DNA of 59,395 nucleotides from an uncultured Oscillospiraceae bacterium (GCA_964439755.1 CAYTPJ010000001.1:1-59395); one strand, 5' to 3'. Positions 19,801 through 25,524 are shown, counted from the first letter of the stretch. Notes: generated by a model not told the origin, from the sequence alone. Made by a program: numbers and translations.

Positions 19801-21122
19801 TTAGAGATCAATTGCAAGATATGCTTGCGTTGTTGTACACAGATCAAGATCGTGTAAAAGCACATATTTTGCGCTCTGCAAGCCATCAATTTATAGAAGG
19901 GGATGTGCAACATTGGTGGCATGAAGAAAGAAAGGGTGTGCGCACGAAGATATCAGATGATAAGCTTTTTTTGCCTTTTTTAACAGCGTGCTACATAGAG
20001 GCAACAGGGGATCAGAGCATTTTAAAGGAGCAAGTGCCTTATGTAAAAAGTGCGCCTTTGGGGGAACATGAGGAAGAAAGGTATGAAACCCCTCAGGTGA
20101 CCGAATATATGGAAAGCCTTCAAATGCATTGCAATCGTGCGATAGAGAGCGTTAAACTGGGAGAAAAAAGCTTGCCTTTGATGGGGAGTGGGGATTGGAA
20201 TGACGGCATGAACAAAATTGCAGGCAAAAGAGGAGAAAGCGTGTGGCTTTGCTTCTTTTATATATTTGTGTTGGATCAATATAAAAAATACAGTGGCAAA
20301 GAACAAGTGTATGACAAAATGCAAAAGCAGATGAAAAAGGATGCGAATGTTACATGGGATGAAAGCTGGTTTATACGTTGTTATGATCAAAATGCTTTTT
20401 CTGTGGGGGGTAAAAACAGTGCTGTGCCCCGAATAGACCTAATCAGTCAAGCATTTTCTGTGTTTGCACAGATGAAGGAGGACAGGACGACGCAAGCAAT
20501 AAAAAGTGCGTTGGAAAAGCTATTTGATAGAGAAAATGGTGTTGTCAAGCTTTTAGACCCTCCTTTTTCAGAGCAGGAAAAAGCAGGATATATTTCTTCT
20601 TACGTGCCTTATGTTCGAGAAAATGGAGGGCAATACACACATGCTGTTGCGTTTATGATTTTGGCATTGTGCCAAAAAGGAATGATAGAAGAAGCGTGGG
20701 ATATGTTGATCAAAATTTTGCCTTTAAATCACGCAGACAGTGATGAAAAAATAGATGTGTACAAGGTGGAGCCGTATGCGTTGAGCGCAGATGTATATGC
20801 AGGGGCGCTCATGGGGCAAGGGGGATGGACGTGGTACACAGGGAGTGCCTCGTGGATGCAATACGCATTTTATCAAGGGCTTATGGGGCTTAAAATAGAG
20901 GGCGACACACTGAAATTTTCTCCTAAATTAAAAAAGGACATGCACACGTGCACGGTGTACTATACCTATCAAGATACAAGGTATATTTTAACAGGGGATA
21001 AAAATGTGTTTGTGCCCAAACTGGATGGAAAAATCATTACAAACGGTGTGATTACATTGCAAAATGATGGGAAAACACACGTGTACCATGTGCCTGTGGT
21101 GTACCAAAATATAGAAATATAA
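13821..21122 (+). CDS. cyclic beta-1,2-glucan synthase-like giant protein (GT84-like transferase + alpha/alpha-barrel middle domain + GH94 phosphorylase-like C-terminus)
   Basis: 2433-aa single ORF with SD GGGAGGGG upstream.
- TM cluster at about aa 340-385 and 700-800.
- Transferase motifs VVTLDQDT, SHDLIEGE and YNRWVRGDVQ.
- Middle-domain motif RTSPTNMGFYLLS.
- C-terminal GH94-type motifs FRDQLQD, GDVQHWWH, SGDWNDGMN and GGQYTHA. Confidence 0.8.
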   Translation: MRTVREKIVYKKLELPKHYIFLLKNAIKMLTRAQKDMSAHMSEQVYSEGAKWLIENQKILLKRAEETKSQLKGVKKLPVCAQNKQKVRVLLCAENILKGQTVVKKEDIVYYIEHNEIALGYDEIQAFYLSMSVVLLKKVLCAALLLKEEARNYTCAQKALKKAPKGALKALKNNKKAYQMLQNILLLKGDEKTLQLVQMKGNKMVFKEDKQSEPPPLFLLRHAVLCLRALKKMPFEQVKEQISPVYTAFKKDETYCKMDRQSRHLYLFKVHQMTKKFKVPEKEIVQSILALTKGQTGAQKEVGTYLFENQKKVLEHLGKKNIFFSLKTRETLFVCAHCILFIALFLGVFWINKEVLLALLLSLLLYDFISLLACKTVLKYHKNGLLPKLLIRQLDEQLRTLVVVPTLITNRQHALFMVRHLRELRALTPEQNVEFMLLCDLKDAHTRVDQEDQGIVDMLKESVFLLNQNDENVFHLMVRERQMSKTQNKYIGRERKRGSLQSLLNIIADETVEDFYVHQSVPHNFLKNRYRYVVTLDQDTLLLKGDLRRMVGAMEHPLQKDKVGVMQPKMLSHPMSVQTNVQRKLFTECSVPSYLGAIKDVYQDVFSKGSFVGKGIINPVVFCQRIKGKIKNEKVLSHDLIEGEIVCSKVLEDVFMLDQNPKKVSGFYKRYNRWVRGDVQLLPFLGKRYLSLLSKFKILDNMKNALVPLAKTGVILYGAYNNMPWLFVFALSFPLKKAFIHLIFLPYKAYAALDGIVRALFRMLFSKKNLLSWVTADQTDVQINNMVAPYFFTVFVGGVTLYLSLVHALPIYFAIGFLHVLFPLFVPYFDQNEKEKDALKEPQRQTLLLLAQKTFAFFDEHVTEKTNDLPPDNLQVSPDKGRQMRTSPTNMGFYLLSLYCAKELGFISQDTLFERVKKSVHTLKKLPKYKGHFYNWYDIEHLEVLAPPFVSSVDEGNLMACLLTLLQALRGEKTLVPSYQEVLYDIQKLVMDMDLSMLQNKKEGLFAIGLHTESGMLTEGCYDLFASEALILTYVAVMLNIVPVSNFKHLQREITKTKGGNTLLSWSGTAFEYLLPMIFFPTKKGTLLYDSNKSFIKAQIKKNVLMPFGISESGYYAFDCDLNYQYKAFGLYEAALSKETEGNVIAPYASILFLKYVRKKVLKNIEILKNWGAEGAFGLYEALDFEKARSTSPPAVVKSYMAHHQGMILCAITNALCNNKIERTFSQLPMASAHHYLLMEKGIRHEKASKITQYDVQKGVHQADEGYHVLTQNAAQVLHAKHTSCLMDSKGTGYIRYKDLYLTRYVSPHTSGVLYYVKNHNNNKTMPLFQEPHATIYQHAVVYTSHFEGLYIRETRFLSAMEGAFVSSFEVQNKSEQDVAFSLTSYLEPAMSTLKEDEAHPNFRDLFIVTEKVGKRALIARRKKRSEQEQEGMLVHFFVGSVKMLDFCVNKAQFIGRNRDVYAPKLLFQNAEEKEKEVPSVFPCLSIQAHLEVQKKSAVTFSFVTSYVHTKEQADAMLRTFSQKEDVKNALELSKTHGMLLLKMFDYPIMRSVFLYHFLYRILFDQTKRAYKYKKEDVWQFAISLDHPILLLCLKENSPREEIKNILKDIAFLSYKGITIDLVFLKKKGAEYSDMLHTFLRAEISVSKIKHNHVFIIEDTKENENILSCFCTLKIVLHQKMTLQDVTMQAQTVIPPTLMPSMCHEIAVDKKLNKYGSLKGERAFVVHNIPPLPWCYFLATEHFSTLVCESGILFSCLRNSRMEKLTRRHKDVLNPQNAEEIYVLNEQKEMLPLCSGTVVYELGTATYFVETSCFTAQTTCFTDADMRMGVRDVVIKNKGQEGLHIELCYQVHFSMGESGKWTHCEAQKHAVHAFHPDFNGFTCAYMENAVVHNDVLYMPLHIPKNEKKRCTMCLLYAENEQEKTDMLEVLYQQGVLKRMRKVKEYWENSLSRLSVSLNDAHMERCINTFFPYQTLSSRIFMRSSLYQEGGAYGFRDQLQDMLALLYTDQDRVKAHILRSASHQFIEGDVQHWWHEERKGVRTKISDDKLFLPFLTACYIEATGDQSILKEQVPYVKSAPLGEHEEERYETPQVTEYMESLQMHCNRAIESVKLGEKSLPLMGSGDWNDGMNKIAGKRGESVWLCFFYIFVLDQYKKYSGKEQVYDKMQKQMKKDANVTWDESWFIRCYDQNAFSVGGKNSAVPRIDLISQAFSVFAQMKEDRTTQAIKSALEKLFDRENGVVKLLDPPFSEQEKAGYISSYVPYVRENGGQYTHAVAFMILALCQKGMIEEAWDMLIKILPLNHADSDEKIDVYKVEPYALSADVYAGALMGQGGWTWYTGSASWMQYAFYQGLMGLKIEGDTLKFSPKLKKDMHTCTVYYTYQDTRYILTGDKNVFVPKLDGKIITNGVITLQNDGKTHVYHVPVVYQNIEI

Positions 21123-21148
21123 TTGTAATTAACTCGTTTTTATGTTGA

Positions 21149-21176
21149 ACCTTTTGATGCGCTTTGTCATATTGTA
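21149..21176 (+). promoter_or_regulatory. candidate sigma-K-type (late mother-cell) promoter upstream of the 97-aa module gene
   Basis: AC (21149-21150), a 17-nt spacer, then CATATTGTA (21168-21176) fits the B. subtilis sigma-K pattern AC-N16/17-CATAnnnTA. It lies about 57 nt before the ATG. The motif is short, so a chance match is possible. Confidence 0.3.
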
Positions 21177-21232
21177 AAGTAGGCTGAATGTGTATTTGGC
21201 TTAAAATGTCAATCAAAAAGGAGCAAATAATT

Positions 21233-21526
21233 ATGAGTATGCCAGTCATTACCCCAGGTACGGGCACAAGATGCCAAGCTATCACAGACATCATCACTTC
21301 TGTTGCGTTGGAACAGACTGCCCTTTCCCATATTTTGAATGCAGAAGGTGAAAAAATCCAAGCGATTGTTGCGAGGGCAACAACGGCAGAAGAAATGCTT
21401 GCTGTGAATAAATCGGTTGAAAGCATGGTCAAGTCCATTGCGCGCCTTGAAATGATGTTACACTCTAAATTAGAGTTGTTTGAAGAGTGCTTGTGCGATG
21501 AATGCCCCGTAGCTGTGGCAAACTAA
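21233..21526 (+). CDS. 97-aa protein consisting only of the shared C-terminal module (ALEQTALSHILNAEGEKIQ ... Cys-rich tail CLCDEC)
   Basis: The start is placed at the ATG at 21233, 9 nt after AGGAG; the track ORF begins further upstream at 21188. No signal peptide or TM segment. It is a paralogue of the C-termini of the next two genes. Confidence 0.75.
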   Translation: MSMPVITPGTGTRCQAITDIITSVALEQTALSHILNAEGEKIQAIVARATTAEEMLAVNKSVESMVKSIARLEMMLHSKLELFEECLCDECPVAVAN

Positions 21527-21534
21527 AGTGCTGA

Positions 21535-21571
21535 AATTGCCTCTTGTGCTTTATATACAAGGGGCAATTTT
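21535..21571 (+). terminator. rho-independent terminator after the 97-aa gene
   Basis: 13-14-bp stem AAATTGCCTCTTGT / ACAAGGGGCAATTT (one G-U pair) followed by TTTTGCATTT. A TATAAT box at 21582-21587 follows it. Confidence 0.7.
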
Positions 21572-21613
21572 GCATTTCTATTATAATAAGCCATTTGGAA
21601 AGGTTGTGATACC

Positions 21614-22936
21614 ATGGCTTTTGGTGATTTGATCACCACATTTCAGCTTCCAGAAAACATTCCCATGGGGTTGGGATATGGGTTGACCGTGTATAATGCG
21701 CAACTTGTAAACGGAAGCTTTACAAATAACAATAGCGATATTGGTTTTTTTGATATCAACAATAATTTGAATTATTTAAGCCATGTAGAAACAGAAGAAA
21801 CATATCAGAGTATACAATACGATGAAGATGAGCATGTTTTTTGGGGGTTGGCAAACATTATCCCCACCCCTTTTCCACAACCACACTTGCAGAAAATTTA
21901 TAAATTCAATGTAGATGGCACATCGATTTTTAATTTTGATGTGCACGACAGCATTCCGCCTGCTGACCGTTTTAATGAGAACGATTGGGAAAGTCAGCTG
22001 GCAAATGCCCTTTCAATGACGCCCGATAAGACGGAATTTTGGGTATCTTATTACCGTGCATTTCGTATTTATCGTTTTAGTGTCGCAGGGAATTATCTTG
22101 GATTTTTTGATATTCCTCCAGAAAATGAAACGATCACTGGCATGAGCACAGACGGTACCAACATGTGGTTTGTGACGTATGATTTTAATCCAGACCCACA
22201 AAGGGTATTGACCATCAGTAAAAGAGATACAATGGCAAATGTGCTTCAAACAATTACAGTGCCTGTGCCCGAATCCCCCCAAGGTGGAGGATATAATATC
22301 AACGATATTGAGTTTGATCAAGTCAATTTTTTGCCAAAGTGCGCTTTGTGGGTGCGTGCATCTACGGGCGATGTAGGCAACGCTCAGCAGTATGCGCATG
22401 TATATGATATTGGCGATTGTAGTGGTAGCTGTACAGAACCTCCTATAATTATCGCAGAAAATTTGTGTTTGAAAGTAGGCGCAAATTTTGATCCACTCTT
22501 CAACGTGCAGGCGGTCGACTGTGACGGTAGCGACATCCCTTTGACAGAAGCAAACGTAATCTTTAACGATGTAGACACGGCAACACCGGGTATGTATACG
22601 GTAACATACCAAGTACAGAGCGTGTCAAACGATTTAATAACAGTCAAAAGCATTTATGTAGGCGTGGTGGAAGAAACACCCCGTATGCAGGCGATGACGG
22701 ACTTGCTTGCATCCATTGCGCTTGAAGAAACAGCCCTGTCACACATTTTAAACGCAGAAGGTGAAAAAATACAAAAAGCACTCGCATTGGGGCTATCGAG
22801 TGCAGAGCTTATAAAAATCAACCAATCGGTGGAAGATATGACAGAGGAAATTACAAACTTGGAATGGGTGTTGGAGCAAAAAGCAATGCTTTGTTCTTGT
22901 GAAAATGGTCAACCAAAATGTGACTTTCCACAATAA
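21614..22936 (+). CDS. 440-aa protein: beta-rich blade-like repeats + Ig-like domain + shared C-terminal module and Cys tail
   Basis: No signal peptide (MAFGDLITTFQLPEN...).
- Recurrent xFW(V/G)...IY(K/R)F blade-like segments.
- An Ig-like segment ending PGMYTVTYQVQSVSNDLITVKSIYVGVV (DUF5011/Big-like pattern).
- Then TDLLASIALEETALSHILNAEGEKIQ ... LCSCENGQPKCDFPQ. Confidence 0.8.
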   Translation: MAFGDLITTFQLPENIPMGLGYGLTVYNAQLVNGSFTNNNSDIGFFDINNNLNYLSHVETEETYQSIQYDEDEHVFWGLANIIPTPFPQPHLQKIYKFNVDGTSIFNFDVHDSIPPADRFNENDWESQLANALSMTPDKTEFWVSYYRAFRIYRFSVAGNYLGFFDIPPENETITGMSTDGTNMWFVTYDFNPDPQRVLTISKRDTMANVLQTITVPVPESPQGGGYNINDIEFDQVNFLPKCALWVRASTGDVGNAQQYAHVYDIGDCSGSCTEPPIIIAENLCLKVGANFDPLFNVQAVDCDGSDIPLTEANVIFNDVDTATPGMYTVTYQVQSVSNDLITVKSIYVGVVEETPRMQAMTDLLASIALEETALSHILNAEGEKIQKALALGLSSAELIKINQSVEDMTEEITNLEWVLEQKAMLCSCENGQPKCDFPQ

Positions 22937-22947
22937 AATACAATGGA

Positions 22948-22984
22948 AGCGCTTCTGTGTTTTCTTTCACAGGAGCGCTGTTTT
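22948..22984 (+). terminator. rho-independent terminator after the 440-aa gene
   Basis: 12-bp stem AGCGCTTCTGTG / CACAGGAGCGCT (one G-U pair; 22948-22959 / 22968-22979) followed by GTTTTGTG. It lies inside the 5' extension of the track ORF 22943-24049. Confidence 0.7.
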
Positions 22985-23032
22985 GTGCATACAATGATAC
23001 AGGGAAAGTATAAAAAGACAGGAGGTTTTCCC

Positions 23033-24049
23033 GTGCTAAACGGTGTTTGTGTAAAAGAAATACCCTTTGTATTGGACTGTCAAAGTGCGTATGATTGTGT
23101 TGCTTTTGACGGTTACTATTATTATTTTTTATTTTGCCATCAGCAGTATGTTTTAAAAACGGATGTTTGTTTTCAATGTGTCCATTCTTATCCTTTGCAT
23201 AGAAAATACACGAGCTTGTGCTTTGACAAAGCTGAAAAATGCTTTTGGGCATCTTATACCAACAGCCCGTATACCCTGTATAAACTGAGCATAGATTTGT
23301 GCGAACTTGGTACATGGAGTGTTCCCAAAAGTGCAAACGGATGTGGCGTATTGTCTAGCCTTTCTTATGATGATGTAAACAATGCGCTGATGTTCGTGTT
23401 GGACAATCAGTTTGTTCAATATAAAATAAGCACCAACAACTCTTGTGTACAGTATGATGATGTAAATGCCTATATTTTTTCTGCATCTTGCGTGTTTCCT
23501 TTTTTTGCCTTAACGCTTGTTCAAAACAATTTGACAAAGTTTGTATTGTTAGACTGTGCAGGGCACGTGCAACACGCATGTGATATGCCTTGTGATTTTA
23601 TTGTTAAAAACGTCTATATGTCATGCGAACAAAATGTTCAAAACCAACTTTTGCTCGATGTGTTTATTGTGTATAAATGTGGGCAAAGATGTTGTAAAAA
23701 AGTGCTTGCTTTTCCACTTGATTGCGCTTGCACTTCTTGCCCACAGCCCTGCTCTCCTCCTTTGTGTTTCCCTGTTCAGCCGTGTGATGGAGGCATAGAA
23801 ATACTCCACTCTATTGCTTTACAGGAAACGGCACTTGCGCACATTTTAAACGCAGAAGGAGAAAAAATACAAAAGGCAGTGGCGTGTGCTTGCTCTGTGG
23901 AGGAATTGTTGTGCGTCAACAAAAGTGTGCAAGATACCATACACAAAGTTACAGCTTTAGAACAAACCTTGGCTTTAAAGCTGACCAGTGTGTTAGATAT
24001 GCCCTCTTGTTGCCCGACAGATTGTTGCGCACAGGGAAAAATGTTGTAA
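23033..24049 (+). CDS. ~338-aa very Cys-rich protein: beta-rich region + Cys/Pro linker + shared C-terminal module and CC..CC tail
   Basis: The start is reassigned to the in-frame GTG at 23033, 7 nt after a perfect AGGAGG (23020-23025) and downstream of the terminator hairpin. I count about 32 Cys in about 338 aa. The linker reads CACTSCPQPCSPPLCFPVQPC. The module reads HSIALQETALAHILNAEGEKIQ and the tail MPSCCPTDCCAQGKML. No signal peptide. Confidence 0.75.
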   Translation: MLNGVCVKEIPFVLDCQSAYDCVAFDGYYYYFLFCHQQYVLKTDVCFQCVHSYPLHRKYTSLCFDKAEKCFWASYTNSPYTLYKLSIDLCELGTWSVPKSANGCGVLSSLSYDDVNNALMFVLDNQFVQYKISTNNSCVQYDDVNAYIFSASCVFPFFALTLVQNNLTKFVLLDCAGHVQHACDMPCDFIVKNVYMSCEQNVQNQLLLDVFIVYKCGQRCCKKVLAFPLDCACTSCPQPCSPPLCFPVQPCDGGIEILHSIALQETALAHILNAEGEKIQKAVACACSVEELLCVNKSVQDTIHKVTALEQTLALKLTSVLDMPSCCPTDCCAQGKML

Positions 24050-24072
24050 AACAAAACCTTGTTTTTAAAAAA

Positions 24073-24114
24073 GCCAGACATTTTGAAGAAAATCTTCTCA
24101 GTGCCTGGCCTTTT
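24073..24114. terminator. possible bidirectional terminator between the convergent module genes and the holin
   Basis: Imperfect hairpin GCCAGACA / TGCCTGGC (7 of 8 pairs) enclosing a GAAGA-AAA-TCTTC mini-hairpin. T-runs lie on both outer sides. The structure is weak. Confidence 0.35.
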
Positions 24115-24143
24115 ACTATGCGATTGTATAGAAAACATTCAAA

Positions 24144-24629
24144 TTACTGTTTGGATATGTTTTCTTTTTCTAAATTTTCTTTCTCCATTTTTCCTTTTTC
24201 ATCTTTTTTGGTTTTATCACCATGGTTGTGCAGTTGCGCCAAAATCGTTTTAAGCTTATCTGGGATGGGCAAGCCCAACCTGCTGATATTTTCTATGAGG
24301 GATAAACCTTCGTTGGTTAGGTAAAAGAAAATAATGGCAGACCGTAGTGCATTGCCATTTTGCACCACGTGCACGTCTATGATGTGCCCAATGCCTACGA
24401 GAGAAAATATCAATATTTTTTTAAATATGCCTTTAAATCCCACTTCGCTGGACATGCTTTTTTCCACAATTGCACACATCATGCCCGAAATATAATCTAA
24501 AACACAAAATACAATTAAAGCAATCAACATGCCGTCCATTTCTCCTAAAAATACGCCGAGCCACCCCCCAAGGAGGGTACATGACATTTGAATTTTTGTC
24601 CAAATCATGTCTATGGTGTTATTATCCAT
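24144..24629 (-). CDS. phage-type holin, holin_4_1 / TcdE toxin-secretion-lysis holin family
   Basis: 161 aa with TM helices. The family pattern is present: VLDYISGMMCAIVEKSMSSEVGFKGIFKKILIF...RSAIIFFYLTNEGLSLIENISRLGLPIPDKLK, with a charged Lys/Glu C-tail. The ATG lies inside the last codons of the hydrolase gene (8-nt overlap), and GGAGG is 9 nt upstream. Confidence 0.85.
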   Translation of the reverse strand: MDNNTIDMIWTKIQMSCTLLGGWLGVFLGEMDGMLIALIVFCVLDYISGMMCAIVEKSMSSEVGFKGIFKKILIFSLVGIGHIIDVHVVQNGNALRSAIIFFYLTNEGLSLIENISRLGLPIPDKLKTILAQLHNHGDKTKKDEKGKMEKENLEKENISKQ

Positions 24630-25524
24630 TGATTGTAGCCTCCAGTTTCTTTAATTTTGAAAGCAATAAAGATAATTCAGAACGGATGCTTTCTATTTCC
24701 TTTTTAAAAGCTTGGTATTGCAAAGTATCGCTTTCTTCTATGCCTTCTTCTTCCTCCTTTTTTTCCTCCTTTTGGGTAACAAAAAAGAGCAACTTTTCCC
24801 ACGTTTTGTCGCCTACAATACCATCTATTTTCAAATTGTTCTTTTGCTGAAACAAGAGCACGCTTGCTCGGGTTTTCTTTCCAAAAATCCCGTCCACCAC
24901 CAAGCTTTCTCCAAGCAAGTTCAAATGTCTTTGAAGTACTTTGACATTTTCTCCTCTTGAACTAAAGCGCAGTGTTTCTAACCCCTGTTTTTCTGTTATA
25001 TCGCTGTATAGCCCTGTTGGAATCATATGGTGTGTCCACGCAGAAGGCACAAACTTTTCTCTCACCACGCCATAAGCGTGTGCTTTTGCATGCACCACTG
25101 TGTTGTCGCCCAAATACAAACCTACATGTGTCATAATGCCCTTTCTTTCTCTAAACACAAGGCACATTTTGTCTGTCTGCATGCTTTGAATGGTGCCTCT
25201 TGTGTCGTACGCTGTTTTTCTCCATTGGCTGGTTGCACCCGACACGAGGCGAATGCCCCCTTCTTTTAAGGCGTAGCGTGTGAGCTGTGCGCAATCATAC
25301 GCCGTTTTCCCCACATTGTTTTCTCTATCAAAATATTTGCAGTTTTGGCAGCTGCTTGCCCTGCCTGATAATATATCGCAATGGTGGAACATCTTGCTTT
25401 TATAGTCGGGGTATTGCTGTGCACGTGCCTTTCGATAGGCAGTCGTACATATTTGCCCTGTGCCACCATATATATAAGGATGCCCCACTTTGGAAAGCGC
25501 CCATTGCTTGATCTTTTCAATCAT
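24622..25524 (-). CDS. NlpC/P60 (C40) peptidoglycan endopeptidase with PG_binding_1 domain and coiled-coil tail (endolysin-like, no signal peptide)
   Basis: Catalytic Cys context YDCAQLTRYAL and His context THVGLYLGDNTVVHA. PG-binding repeat GENVKVLQRHLNLLG...DGIFGKKT...DGIVGDKTWEKL. I place the start at the ATG at 25522-25524 (MIEKIKQW), 9 nt after GAGGAG, rather than the track start at 25566. Confidence 0.85.
   Translation of the reverse strand: MIEKIKQWALSKVGHPYIYGGTGQICTTAYRKARAQQYPDYKSKMFHHCDILSGRASSCQNCKYFDRENNVGKTAYDCAQLTRYALKEGGIRLVSGATSQWRKTAYDTRGTIQSMQTDKMCLVFRERKGIMTHVGLYLGDNTVVHAKAHAYGVVREKFVPSAWTHHMIPTGLYSDITEKQGLETLRFSSRGENVKVLQRHLNLLGESLVVDGIFGKKTRASVLLFQQKNNLKIDGIVGDKTWEKLLFFVTQKEEKKEEEEGIEESDTLQYQAFKKEIESIRSELSLLLSKLKKLEATING

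Noticed and set aside
21233-21526. The 97-aa protein as a RiPP/lanthipeptide precursor (conserved helical leader + Cys-rich C-terminal core)
   Set aside because: No LanB/C/M, radical-SAM maturase, peptidase-ABC exporter or immunity genes are adjacent. The same tail pattern also sits on 338- and 440-aa proteins, which is atypical for RiPP precursors. hemW is 11 kb away and is a housekeeping gene.
2669-22612. Other long antisense ORFs in the track (for example 2669-3172, 9532-10149, 17184-17747, 20022-20390, 22013-22612, and also 50980-51582)
   Set aside because: Each lies wholly inside a longer ORF on the opposite strand that has recognisable motifs. They lack SD sequences and have odd composition, so I treat them as shadow ORFs.
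22988-22995. Sigma-E promoter for the Cys-rich gene based on CATACAAT
   Set aside because: Only the -10-like octamer matches. The expected -35 (ATA-containing) element at 13-15-nt spacing is absent, because that region is the terminator stem. I kept it only as a weak note in a finding.
22943-23032. ATG at 22943 as the start of the Cys-rich gene (track ORF of 368 aa)
   Set aside because: The first 30 codons contain the terminator hairpin of the preceding gene and have no SD. An in-frame GTG at 23033 follows a perfect AGGAGG at 7-nt spacing.
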